This document shows, in pieces, positions 36,101 to 51,100 of a DNA stretch of 64,000 bases (positions are counted from its first letter, which is position 1; each line of letters starts with the position of its first letter). The stretch is from Eledone cirrhosa (lineage: Eukaryota). The stretch covers positions 3,162,001 to 3,226,000 of the forward strand of contig OZ024765.1 of the NCBI GenBank assembly GCA_964016885.1. Direction: 5' to 3'. The position numbers and the translations under genes were made by a program. Below the pieces are notes generated by a model that saw only the letters and a list, made by a program, of their open reading frames with translations, was not told the origin of the DNA and searched no databases.

Positions 36101-39100
36101 TCTGCAATACTGTATATTGTAGTCTTTTCATTATTTTAAATATTTCTATCATGTCACTCGTTTGATATATCTCCCCGAAAGATATAGTTATTCAGAGCTT
36201 TACATTGGAATAGTGTACTACTATTTAAATATTAGTCCTTTAAATATATATTTCTATCATGTCCCCCCCCCCTCTTAGATTTATCTCCTCTAAATTTGCA
36301 ATCCCTAAAGTTTAACATCTTTCTTTAGAAGACAGATTTCTTAATAATTCTGGTGTTTTCTGTTTTGTTCTTTTCTGGATTCCTTCAATAGCTTCTCCGT
36401 ATTTTCTGAAGTCGTCTGACCATGCCCCCAAAACAATATTCTAGGTCGTATCACACATATCATTCAACTAGTGTTTTAGACCTCTCGACATTTAGCTAGG
36501 CAAAGGAATGTTTTATTATTCCTATCATCTGAATTCCTTTTTTTTCTTCAACATGTTTAGCCATCTTTAAAATCATATTCATACATATTCACAATTCCTC
36601 GTGGAGGGGTATAAGAGACATGTATAAATATAGCTGCATATTACTACAAAATAACTTGAACCATATCGCGAAACATTTTGTAAAGTATCTCTGTAATTAT
36701 TCTCATTTCGATTTTCTGTAGAATGTATTGACGTTTAAGATAGAGACAATTGCCCTTCTTCTAATAATCTCTTTGTCCATTCCATGTTTAGTCTCACAAA
36801 ATATTGTTAATGCAAGATTTTGCTCTAATGTAATAAATGTTACTTTTAAAAGACCGAAGTTCTCAATTTTCTTCTTTCTCTTGTATATTGATATCTAAAG
36901 GATGACAAATGTATGAATTATGTGATAGGGAGGAAAAAAAAGCCACGACCTTCTTCTCTCGTTACAGAAGGCTAACTGACAACGTCTTTCGCAGGAGTGA
37001 CTAGTACTACTGCCTTTTATATACCGTGACAACTGGAAAGACGTGACAAATAAGGATACACTCTGCTCTCCTTATCAACATTGTCCGAGTCTGAGGACCT
37101 TTCCTCCCTGGTTAAGGAGTGAGATAAAATATTAGGGATCAATCTCTAGCAATAATTTCATTAAATCATATTTAACCAGAGACTGTTATGTCGTGGTTGT
37201 TGCTATATTTTATAGTCGTGGTTTCAATGTTTAACAGGGGTTGTAGAATTAGCTTTATCTAATTATTATCAAACAAAACAGATTTATATATTGTCGCCGT
37301 TGTACGTTAAAATCACATATATATTTATATACACACCAAGGATGGAGGGACGACGGAATTGAAAACCATTATTGCTGAGTACATCACGGCAAGATCTAAT
37401 ACACACACACTCTCCCGTATATATTTAATAATCAGCTATGACCATGAAGAAGGTCCCTGTAGATCATCTGGTTGTAGGATCTAATGAACCCGAAAGAAAG
37501 TGAAAATATATTTTATGAAAGCCCCAGAAGAATAAATGTAAACATTGACCCGATTATAGTAGAAATAACAATGAGAAAGCCATGAACGCCAGCACATCTA
37601 TTTTGCTTGGAAATTAAAAGTAGGTTTATAAATATTAATTTTTTCTTATGTTCTTGTATCTGTTTGGTAGGTGTTAGAGACTATGTAGACACTGATGTGG
37701 TGTTCAATCTCAGTCCGAATCTGTACTATATATTTTTAAATTAAAATTTTTCTCTAGTAAAGTAAAAAATGAAATTATTATCTATAGACTTTGACTGAAA
37801 TCGAAACCCAGAGCAGGTTCTCCACCGTCTCTAATACCTACCATTAGGCCACGGAGACAGATATGAAAACAGTGTGTAAATTAATATTTATAAAGTTACT
37901 TTTTTATTTTTGTTTTATACTATAAAAAATATAATACGACACACTGCCAGTGATTGAACCCCGGACCTGGACCTCCACCGGCTCTTATACTTACCACTAG
38001 GCTAAAGGGACGGTTACAGAAACTTACTTAAAAATTGATATTTATAAACCTACTTTTTCATTACTAGAAAAAACCGGAAGTGGAGAAAATTGAAAAACAT
38101 CTTCTTTTTCTTCCTCTGATTTTTTTTTATCCAAAATTTGGATTTAAGTCAGAGACGAGTTATCGTTCGTGGCAAAAATCAGAGGAAGAAAAAGAAGAAG
38201 TTTTTCAATTTTCTCCACTTCCGGTTTTTTCTAGTATAGGTAAGTAAATATTAATTTTCAAAAAATTTTTGTAACCGTCCCTGTGGCCTAATGGTAAGCA
38301 CTAGAGACGGTGGAGATCCTGATTTAGGGTTCGATTTCCGTTAGCTTTTATACTAATAACTGCGTATTTGTTTCTTTTATTAAGTAAGATTTGAACTAAT
38401 AATGCTGTACTTTGTAGTAATGTCCCATATTATATTCAACATATTTTAATTAGAATTTTTTTTTTTTATAAAAGAAAGAACAAAAAACCTTATTGAAATT
38501 AAGAAATGAATTTTATTCAGTAAAGTTGTTTTTATTTTGTTTTCACTTCATTAACTGCTGAATACGTCTTTTGTTTTTGTTTTTGATTCTTTCTAACCAT
38601 TGTTTACTGTGAATGGTGACTGCAACGAACCTGGATTATTACCAAGTTTCACTGGATGATTGTATTATTTTGTTGTCAGTGGACATCTGGACATCTATCT
38701 AAATACCTGGAATAAACACAAGGTGTGTGTTTTACGTAACATTTCATTTTAATGTCTGATGTTCCTGTATTTCACATTTAAAATGTAACCAAAAATAAAC
38801 AAGACAGGGACGCTACATCAAAATAAACCACACAGACGAGGTACGAATAATCTAAAATTAATTTTAACAAACTATAAACGATGTTTAAAGAGAGACGAAC
38901 ATTAAAATAGGATTTCAAACAAACACGTAAACACAAAGACAATTACAGCCGCCATAATCTAATATCTGAAGATCAACATTTTTCACGATAGAAATAAAAC
39001 TAAATATGTAAAGTTTAGTGGCCCCTGATTTACTTGCTTTTAATTTCATTTTGATAATCTGTATTCTGTAGACATATATTTATGATTTTAATGATGAAAT

Positions 39101-42100
39101 TTCCTCTTGTCTTTAAAAGATTATTACTTATAAAAATTATAATAGTCACCTCCTCCTCTCGATTAATATGTAGCTTACCCACAGGGGTTCCTCAATTGGG
39201 CGGTTTCAACTGTTGGGTGCGCGATGAGCAGCTGAACAGAAAATTGAGGGCCATTGGAAACTTTGGTGGCCGATATAGAATTTTGAGATTTAAGAAGGTA
39301 TGCTACCCGAAAACCTATTCAAGGAATATATGCAAAGAACCTGAATAAATATCAGGAAGCTAATTGGGAAAATTAAACCAGGAACAAACATTTACGAAAC
39401 ATATTTGGTATACTTTGGAATATTTACTATACAGGTGGCTGCTGGAACATTTTTTCATGTGAATGTGGGAAATGACGCCAAAATATTTGGCAACCCTTGG
39501 CTTACACCTTACTAAATGTTCTGGAGACAAGCCTCTTCGCTATATATCATAGTTCTTCAATCCTTCCTCTTCCACAGTTGGTGAAGTATTTCGATTTGAT
39601 ATGACGATCGCAGAGTTAGATTTAGGACGTGGTGGCGTTCATGGGTTTCTTAGTGTTGTTACTAGAAAGGGTCGACTCTGTCTTTCACACTTCAGGTTTT
39701 TTCATGAATTAAATATCCATTTTCTTTCTGATCGGTCTAACAATGATTTCAACCTACAATGACTCCGTCTGTAATAATGTTCTCTTATTTGAAATATGCC
39801 ATACCTAACTCCCGTGTCTGTGTGTGTGAAAAATATTCCAACTTAGAGCGACGTGCCCGTAAATTGTTTAGCCTGATTCCTATATATAGATAATGTGTAA
39901 TATTTGAACCTTCATGGAGGGTCTTTGCCGTAATTTCCCGTAACTCCGACTAGAAGTCATTATGTAGTTTTTTCGTCCGTTAAAAATAATGATTAAAACA
40001 ATTCTATATCCACAGTTATATACACCTCATCACATATTATATTATTTCCACCAATAACTACATTATATCCTTAAATATGACACCAAGACATATAATTTGT
40101 AAATAAAAGATAAAATATTAAAACCTCAATTTTTAAATAATTTTACCCCACCTTTGTGTTCTCAGTGTTTAGATTAACCCATAATTTTATGATTTGGGAG
40201 CATATAACTTATAGTACCAGTCATGTACTGGTATCAATTTAACGGATTGGTTCCTCCCCGCAAATTACTTGACTTTTGCCTAAGTAAGACATACTCACAG
40301 AATGTATCGATGTATATGTATGAATGTTTATATATATTAGTATATTTCATGTTTACAATAATAATAGACAAACAATTTAATGATAATATGAAATGAAATT
40401 ATTATTATTTATTAATAATATTTTTATTGTTTTCACTGCATTAACTTCTGAGTGTGACTTTGTTTTTCTTACTATTTTCTACTGTAAATGGCGGCTTAAT
40501 TGGATTATTACTAAGGTTTACTGGATTGTGGTGTTTCTTTATTGTTTTATATTTCAATCAGTGGACATCAGGATAGCTTTCTATATACCTGGGATAAATG
40601 TAAACAGTACTGACTTTCATCTGCAGTTCAATGGTGATGTCTTCTTATATTTTCATTTACTTCTGCAATACTGTATATTGTAGTCTTTTCATTATTTTAA
40701 ATATTTCTATCATGTCACTCGTTTGATATATCTCCCCGAAAGATATAGTTATTCAGAGCTTTACATTGGAATAGTGTACTACTATTTAAATATTAGTCCT
40801 TTAAATATATATTTCTATCATGTCCCCCCCCCCCCCCTCTTAGATTTATCTCCTCTAAATTTGCAATCCCTAAAGTTTAACATCTTTCTTTAGAAGATAG
40901 ATTTCTTAATAATTCTGGTGTTTTCTGTTTTGTTCTTTTCTGGATTCCTTCAATAGCTTCTCCGTATTTTCTGAAGTCGTCTGACCATGCCCCCAAAACA
41001 ATATTCTAGGTCGTATCACACATATCATTCAACTAGTGTTTTAGACCTCTCGACATTTAGCTAGGCAAAGGAATGTTTTATTATTCCTATCATCTGAATT
41101 CCTTTTTTTTCTTCAACATGTTTAGCCATCTTTAAAATCATATTCATACATATTCACAATTCCTCGTGGAGGGGTATAAGAGACATGTATAAATATAGCT
41201 GCATATTACTACAAAATAACTTGAACCATATCGCGAAACATTTTGTAAAGTATCTCTGTAATTATTCTCATTTCGATTTTCTGTAGAATGTATTGACGTT
41301 TAAGATAGAGACAATTGCCCTTCTTCTAATAATCTCTTTGTCCATTCCATGTTTAGTCTCACAAAATATTGTTAATGCAAGATTTTGCTCTAATGTAATA
41401 AATGTTACTTTTAAAAGACCGAAGTTCTCAATTTTCTTCTTTCTCTTGTATATTGATATCTAAAGGATGACAAATGTATGAATTATGTGATAGGGAGGAA
41501 AAAAAAGCCACGACCTTCTTCTCTCGTTACAGAAGGCTAACTGACAACGTCTTTCGCAGGAGTGACTAGTACTACTGCCTTTTATATACCGTGACAACTG
41601 GAAAGACGTGACAAATAAGGATACACTCTGCTCTCCTTATCAACATTGTCCGAGTCTGAGGACCTTTCCTCCCTGGTTAAGGAGTGAGATAAAATATTAG
41701 GGATCAATCTCTAGCAATAATTTCATTAAATCATATTTAACCAGAGACTGTTATGTCGTGGTTGTTGCTATATTTTATAGTCGTGGTTTCAATGTTTAAC
41801 AGGGGTTGTAGAATTAGCTTTATCTAATTATTATCAAACAAAACAGATTTATATATTGTCGCCGTTGTACGTTAAAATCACATATATATTTATATACACA
41901 CCAAGGATGGAGGGACGACGGAATTGAAAACCATTATTGCTGAGTACATCACGGCAAGATCTAATACACACACACTCTCCCGTATATATTTAATAATCAG
42001 CTATGACCATGAAGAAGGTCCCTGTAGATCATCTGGTTGTAGGATCTAATGAACCCGAAAGAAAGTGAAAATATATTTTATGAAAGCCCCAGAAGAATAA

Positions 42101-45100
42101 ATGTAAACATTGACCCGATTATAGTAGAAATAACAATGAGAAAGCCATGAACGCCAGCACATCTATTTTGCTTGGAAATTAAAAGTAGGTTTATAAATAT
42201 TAATTTTTTCTTATGTTCTTGTATCTGTTTGGTAGGTGTTAGAGACTATGTAGACACTGATGTGGTGTTCAATCTCAGTCCGAATCTGTACTATATATTT
42301 TTAAATTAAAATTTTTCTCTAGTAAAGTAAAAAATGAAATTATTATCTATAGACTTTGACTGAAATCGAAACCCAGAGCAGGTTCTCCACCGTCTCTAAT
42401 ACCTACCATTAGGCCACGGAGACAGATATGAAAACAGTGTGTAAATTAATATTTATAAAGTTACTTTTTTATTTTTGTTTTATACTATAAAAAATATAAT
42501 ACGACACACTGCCAGTGATTGAACCCCGGACCTGGACCTCCACCGGCTCTTATACTTACCACTAGGCTAAAGGGACGGTTACAGAAACTTACTTAAAAAT
42601 TGATATTTATAAACCTACTTTTTCATTACTAGAAAAAACCGGAAGTGGAGAAAATTGAAAAACATCTTCTTTTTCTTCCTCTGATTTTTTTTTATCCAAA
42701 ATTTGGATTTAAGTCAGAGACGAGTTATCGTTCGTGGCAAAAATCAGAGGAAGAAAAAGAAGAAGTTTTTCAATTTTCTCCACTTCCGGTTTTTTCTAGT
42801 ATAGGTAAGTAAATATTAATTTTCAAAAAATTTTTGTAACCGTCCCTGTGGCCTAATGGTAAGCACTAGAGACGGTGGAGATCCTGATTTAGGGTTCGAT
42901 TTCCGTTAGCTTTTATACTAATAACTGCGTATTTGTTTCTTTTATTAAGTAAGATTTGAACTAATAATGCTGTACTTTGTAGTAATGTCCCATATTATAT
43001 TCAACATATTTTAATTAGAATTTTTTTTTTTTATAAAAGAAAGAACAAAAAACCTTATTGAAATTAAGAAATGAATTTTATTCAGTAAAGTTGTTTTTAT
43101 TTTGTTTTCACTTCATTAACTGCTGAATACGTCTTTTGTTTTTGTTTTTGATTCTTTCTAACCATTGTTTACTGTGAATGGTGACTGCAACGAACCTGGA
43201 TTATTACCAAGTTTCACTGGATGATTGTATTATTTTGTTGTCAGTGGACATCTGGACATCTATCTAAATACCTGGAATAAACACAAGGTGTGTGTTTTAC
43301 GTAACATTTCATTTTAATGTCTGATGTTCCTGTATTTCACATTTAAAATGTAACCAAAAATAAACAAGACAGGGACGCTACATCAAAATAAACCACACAG
43401 ACGAGGTACGAATAATCTAAAATTAATTTTAACAAACTATAAACGATGTTTAAAGAGAGACGAACATTAAAATAGGATTTCAAACAAACACGTAAACACA
43501 GACAATTACAGCCGCCATAATCTAATATCTGAAGATCAACATTTTTCACGATAGAAATAAAACTAAATAAGTAAAGTTTAGTGGCCCCTGATTTACTTGC
43601 TTTTAATTTCATTTTGATAATCTGTATTCTGTAGACATATATTTATGATTTTAATGATGAAATTTCCTCTTGTCTTTAAAAGATTATTACTTATAAAAAT
43701 TATAATAGTCACCTCCTCCTCTCGATTAATATATAGCATCATTCGAGGTAGCTTACCCACAGGGGTTCCTCAACTGGGCGGTTTCAACTGTTGGGTGGGC
43801 GATGAGCAGCTGAACAGAAAATTGAGGGCCATTGGAAACTTTGGTGGCCGATATAGAATTTTGAGATTTAAGAAGGTATGCTACCCGAAAACCTATTCAA
43901 GGAATATATGCAAAGAACCTGAATAAAAATCAGGAAGCTAATTGGGAAAATTGAACCAGGAACAAACATTTACGAAACATATTTGGTATACTTTGGAATA
44001 TTTACTATACAGGTGGCTGGTGGAACATTTTTTCATGTGAATGTGGGTAATGACGCCAAAATATTTGGCAACCCTTGGCTTACACCTTACTAAATGTTCT
44101 GGAGACAAGCCTCTTCGCTATATATCATAGTTCTTCAATCCTTCCTCTTCCACAGTTGGTGAAGTATTTCGATTTGATATGACGATCGCAGAGTTAGATT
44201 TAGGACGTGGTGGCGTTCATGGGTTTCTTAGTGTTGTTACTAGAAAGGATCGACTCTGTCTTTCACACTTCAGGTTTTTTCATGAATTAAATATCCATTT
44301 TCTTTCTGATCGGTCTAACAATGATTTGAACCTACAATGACTCCGTCTGTAATAATGTTCTCTTATTTGAAATATGCCATACCTAACTCCCGTGTCTGTG
44401 TGTGTGAAAAATATTCCAACTTAGAGCGACGTGCCCGTAAATTGTTTAGCCTGATTCCTATATATAGATAATGTGTAATATTTGAACCTTCATGGAGGGT
44501 CTTTGCCGTAATTTCCCGTAACTCCGACTAGAAGTCATTATGTAGTTTTTTCGTCCGTTAAAAATAATGATTAAAACAATTCTATATCCACAGTTATATA
44601 CACCTCATCACATATTATATTATTTCCACCAATAACTACATTATATCCTTAAATATGACACCAAGACATATAATTTGTAAATAAAAGATAAAATATTAAA
44701 ACCTCAATTTTTAAATAATTTTACCCCACCTTTGTGTTCTCAGTGTTTAGATTAACCCATAATTTTATGATTTTGGAGCATATAACTTATAGTACCAGTC
44801 ATGTACTGGTATCAATTTAACGGATTGGTTCCTCCCCGCAAATTACTTGACTTTTGCCTAAGTAAGACATACTCACAGAATGTATCGATGTATATGTATG
44901 AATGTTTATATATATTAGTATATTTCATGTTTACAATAATAATAGACAAACAATTTAATGATAATATGAAATGAAATTATTATTATTTATTAATAATATT
45001 TTTATTGTTTTCACTGCATTAACTTCTGAGTGTGACTTTGTTTTTCTTACTATTTTCTACTGTAAATGGCGGCTTAATTGGATTATTACTAAGGTTTACT

Positions 45101-48100
45101 GGATTGTGGTGTTTCTTTATTGTTTTATATTTCAATCAGTGGACATCAGGATAGCTTTCTATATACCTGGGATAAATGTAAACAGTACTGACTTTCATCT
45201 GCAGTTCAATGGTGATGTCTTCTTATATTTTCATTTACTTCTGCAATACTGTATATTGTAGTCTTTTCATTATTTTAAATATTTCTATCATGTCACTCGT
45301 TTGATATATCTCCCCGAAAGATATAGTTATTCAGAGCTTTACATTGGAATAGTGTACTACTATTTAAATATTAGTCCTTTAAATATATATTTCTATCATG
45401 TCCCCCCCCCCCTCTTAGATTTATCTCCTCTAAATTTGCAATCCCTAAAGTTTAACATCTTTCTTTAGAAGACAGATTTCTTAATAATTCTGGTGTTTTC
45501 TGTTTTGTTCTTTTCTGGATTCCTTCAATAGCTTCTCCGTATTTTCTGAAGTCGTCTGACCATGCCCCCAAAACAATATTCTAGGTCGTATCACACATAT
45601 CATTCAACTAGTGTTTTAGACCTCTCGACATTTAGCTAGGCAAAGGAATGTTTTATTATTCCTATCATCTGAATTCCTTTTTTTCTTCAACATGTTTAGC
45701 CATCTTTAAAATCATATTCATACATATTCACAATTCCTCGTGGAGGGGTATAAGAGACATGTATAAATATAGCTGCATATTACTACAAAATAACTTGAAC
45801 CATATCGCGAAACATTTTGTAAAGTATCTCTGTAATTATTCTCATTTCGATTTTCTGTAGAATGTATTGACGTTTAAGATAGAGACAATTGCCCTTCTTC
45901 TAATAATCTCTTTGTCCATTCCATGTTTAGTCTCACAAAATATTGTTAATGCAAGATTTTGCTCTAATGTAATAAATGTTACTTTTAAAAGACCGAAGTT
46001 CTCAATTTTCTTCTTTCTCTTGTATATTGATATCTAAAGGATGACAAATGTATGAATTATGTGATAGGGAGGAAAAAAAAGCCACGACCTTCTTCTCTCG
46101 TTACAGAAGGCTAACTGACAACGTCTTTCGCAGGAGTGACTAGTACTACTGCCTTTTATATACCGTGACAACTGGAAAGACGTGACAAATAAGGATACAC
46201 TCTGCTCTCCTTATCAACATTGTCCGAGTCTGAGGACCTTTCCTCCCTGGTTAAGGAGTGAGATAAAATATTAGGGATCAATCTCTAGCAATAATTTCAT
46301 TAAACCATATTTAACCAGAGACTGTTATGTCGTGGTTGTTGCTATATTTTATAGTCGTGGTTTCAATGTTTAACAGGGGTTGTAGAATTAGCTTTATCTA
46401 ATTATTATCAAACAAAACAGATTTATATATTGTCGCCGTTGTACGTTAAAATCACATATATATTTATATACACACCAAGGATGGAGGGACGACGGAATTG
46501 AAAACCATTATTGCTGAGTACATCACGGCAAGATCTAATACACACACACTCTCCCGTATATATTTAATAATCAGCTATGACCATGAAGAAGGTCCCTGTA
46601 GATCATCTGGTTGTAGGATCTAATGAACCCGAAAGAAAGTGAAAATATATTTTATGAAAGCCCCAGAAGAATAAATGTAAACATTGACCCGATTATAGTA
46701 GAAATAACAATGAGAAAGCCATGAACGCCAGCACATCTATTTTGCTTGGAAATTAAAAGTAGGTTTATAAATATTAATTTTTTCTTATGTTCTTGTATCT
46801 GTTTGGTAGGTGTTAGAGACTATGTAGACACTGATGTGGTGTTCAATCTCAGTCCGAATCTGTACTATATATTTTTAAATTAAAATTTTTCTCTAGTAAA
46901 GTAAAAAATGAAATTATTATCTATAGACTTTGACTGAAATCGAAACCCAGAGCAGGTTCTCCACCGTTTCTAATACCTACCATTAGGCCACGGAGACAGA
47001 TATGAAAACAGTGTGTAAATTAATATTTATAAAGTTACTTTTTTATTTTTGTTTTATACTATAAAAAATATAATACGACACACTGCCAGTGATTGAACCC
47101 CGGACCTGGACCTCCACCGGCTCTTATACTTACCACTAGGCTAAAGGGACGATTACAGAAACTTACTTAAAAATTGATATTTATAAACCTACTTTTTCAT
47201 TACTAGAAAAAACCGGAAGTGGAGAAAATTGAAAAACATCTTCTTTTTCTTCCTCTGATTTTTTTTTATCCAAAATTTGGATTTAAGTCAGAGACGAGTT
47301 ATCGTTCGTGGCAAAAATCAGAGGAAGAAAAAGAAGAAGTTTTTCAATTTTCTCCACTTCCGGTTTTTTCTAGTATAGGTAAGTAAATATTAATTTTCAA
47401 AAAATTTTTGTAACCGTCCCTGTGGCCTAATGGTAAGCACTAGAGACGGTGGAGATCCTGATTTAGGGTTCGATTTCCGTTAGCTTTTATACTAATAACT
47501 GCGTATTTGTTTCTTTTATTAAGTAAGATTTGAACTAATAATGCTGTACTTTGTAGTAATGTCCCATATTATATTCAACATATTTTAATTAGAATTTTTT
47601 TTTTTTATAAAAGAAAGAACAAAAAACCTTATTGAAATTAAGAAATGAATTTTATTCAGTAAAGTTGTTTTTATTTTGTTTTCACTTCATTAACTGCTGA
47701 ATACGTCTTTTGTTTTTGTTTTTGATTCTTTCTAACCATTGTTTACTGTGAATGGTGACTGCAACTAACCTGGATTATTACCAAGTTTCACTGGATGATT
47801 GTATTATTTTGTTGTCAGTGGACATCTGGACATCTATCTAAATACCTGGAATAAACACAAGGTGTGTGTTTTACGTAACATTTCATTTTAATGTCTGATG
47901 TTCCTGTATTTCACATTTAAAATGTAACCAAAAATAAACAAGACAGGGACGCTACATCAAAATAAACCACACAGACGAGGTACGAATAATCTAAAATTAA
48001 TTTTAACAAACTATAAACGATGTTTAAAGAGAGACGAACATTAAAATAGGATTTCAAACAAACACGTAAACACAAAGACAATTACAGCCGCCATAATCTA

Positions 48101-51100
48101 ATATCTGAAGATCAACATTTTTCACGATAGAAATAAAACTAAATATGTAAAGTTTAGTGGCCCCTGATTTACTTGCTTTTAATTTCATTTTGATAATCTG
48201 TATTCTGTAGACATATATTTATGATTTTAATGATGAAATTTCCTCTTGTCTTTAAAAGATTATTACTTATAAAAATTATAATAGTCACCTCCTCCTCTCG
48301 ATTAATATGTAGCTTACCCACAGGGGTTCCTCAATTGGGCGGTTTCAACTGTTGGGTGCGCGATGAGCAGCTGAACAGAAAATTGAGGGCCATTGGAAAC
48401 TTTGGTGGCCGATATAGAATTTTGAGATTTAAGAAGGTATGCTACCCGAAAACCTATTCAAGGAATATATGCAAAGAACCTGAATAAATATCAGGAAGCT
48501 AATTGGGAAAATTAAACCAGGAACAAACATTTACGAAACATATTTGGTATACTTTGGAATATTTACTATACAGGTGGCTGCTGGAACATTTTTTCATGTG
48601 AATGTGGGAAATGACGCCAAAATATTTGGCAACCCTTGGCTTACACCTTACTAAATGTTCTGGAGACAAGCCTCTTCGCTATATATCATAGTTCTTCAAT
48701 CCTTCCTCTTCCACAGTTGGTGAAGTATTTCGATTTGATATGACGATCGCAGAGTTAGATTTAGGACGTGGTGGCGTTCATGGGTTTCTTAGTGTTGTTA
48801 CTAGAAAGGGTCGACTCTGTCTTTCACACTTCAGGTTTTTTCATGAATTAAATATCCATTTTCTTTCTGATCGGTCTAACAATGATTTCAACCTACAATG
48901 ACTCCGTCTGTAATAATGTTCTCTTATTTGAAATATGCCATACCTAACTCCCGTGTCTGTGTGTGTGAAAAATATTCCAACTTAGAGCGACGTGCCCGTA
49001 AATTGTTTAGCCTGATTCCTATATATAGATAATGTGTAATATTTGAACCTTCATGGAGGGTCTTTGCCGTAATTTCCCGTAACTCCGACTAGAAGTCATT
49101 ATGTAGTTTTTTCGTCCGTTAAAAATAATGATTAAAACAATTCTATATCCACAGTTATATACACCTCATCACATATTATATTATTTCCACCAATAACTAC
49201 ATTATATCCTTAAATATGACACCAAGACATATAATTTGTAAATAAAAGATAAAATATTAAAACCTCAATTTTTAAATAATTTTACCCCACCTTTGTGTTC
49301 TCAGTGTTTAGATTAACCCATAATTTTATGATTTTGGAGCATATAACTTATAGTACCAGTCATGTACTGGTATCAATTTAACGGATTGGTTCCTCCCCGC
49401 AAATTACTTGACTTTTGCCTAAGTAAGACATACTCACAGAATGTATCGATGTATATGTATGAATGTTTATATATATTAGTATATTTCATGTTTACAATAA
49501 TAATAGACAAACAATTTAATGATAATATGAAATGAAATTATTATTATTTATTAATAATATTTTTATTGTTTTCACTGCATTAACTTCTGAGTGTGACTTT
49601 GTTTTTCTTACTATTTTCTACTGTAAATGGCGGCTTAATTGGATTATTACTAAGGTTTACTGGATTGTGGTGTTTCTTTATTGTTTTATATTTCAATCAG
49701 TGGACATCAGGATAGCTTTCTATATACCTGGGATAAATGTAAACAGTACTGACTTTCATCTGCAGTTCAATGGTGATGTCTTCTTATATTTTCATTTACT
49801 TCTGCAATACTGTATATTGTAGTCTTTTCATTATTTTAAATATTTCTATCATGTCACTCGTTTGATATATCTCCCCGAAAGATATAGTTATTCAGAGCTT
49901 TACATTGGAATAGTGTACTACTATTTAAATATTAGTCCTTTAAATATATATTTCTATCATGTCCCCCCCCCCCCCCCTCTTAGATTTATCTCCTCTAAAT
50001 TTGCAATCCCTAAAGTTTAACATCTTTCTTTAGAAGACAGATTTCTTAATAATTCTGGTGTTTTCTGTTTTGTTCTTTTCTGGATTCCTTCAATAGCTTC
50101 TCCGTATTTTCTGAAGTCGTCTGACCATGCCCCCAAAACAATATTCTAGGTCGTATCACACATATCATTCAACTAGTGTTTTAGACCTCTCGACATTTAG
50201 CTAGGCAAAGGAATGTTTTATTATTCCTATCATCTGAATTCCTTTTTTTTCTTCAACATGTTTAGCCATCTTTAAAATCATATTCATACATATTCACAAT
50301 TCCTCGTGGAGGGGTATAAGAGACATGTATAAATATAGCTGCATATTACTACAAAATAACTTGAACCATATCGCGAAACATTTTGTAAAGTATCTCTGTA
50401 ATTATTCTCATTTCGATTTTCTGTAGAATGTATTGACGTTTAAGATAGAGACAATTGCCCTTCTTCTAATAATCTCTTTGTCCATTCCATGTTTAGTCTC
50501 ACAAAATATTGTTAATGCAAGATTTTGCTCTAATGTAATAAATGTTACTTTTAAAAGACCGAAGTTCTCAATTTTCTTCTTTCTCTTGTATATTGATATC
50601 TAAAGGATGACAAATGTATGAATTATGTGATAGGGAGGAAAAAAAAGCCACGACCTTCTTCTCTCGTTACAGAAGGCTAACTGACAACGTCTTTCGCAGG
50701 AGTGACTAGTACTACTGCCTTTTATATACCGTGACAACTGGAAAGACGTGACAAATAAGGATACACTCTGCTCTCCTTATCAACATTGTCCGAGTCTGAG
50801 GACCTTTCCTCCCTGGTTAAGGAGTGAGATAAAATATTAGGGATCAATCTCTAGCAATAATTTCATTAAATCATATTTAACCAGAGACTGTTATGTCGTG
50901 GTTGTTGCTATATTTTATAGTCGTGGTTTCAATGTTTAACAGGGGTTGTAGAATTAGCTTTATCTAATTATTATCAAACAAAACAGATTTATATATTGTC
51001 GCCGTTGTACGTTAAAATCACATATATATTTATATACACACCAAGGATGGAGGGACGACGGAATTGAAAACCATTATTGCTGAGTACATCACGGCAAGAT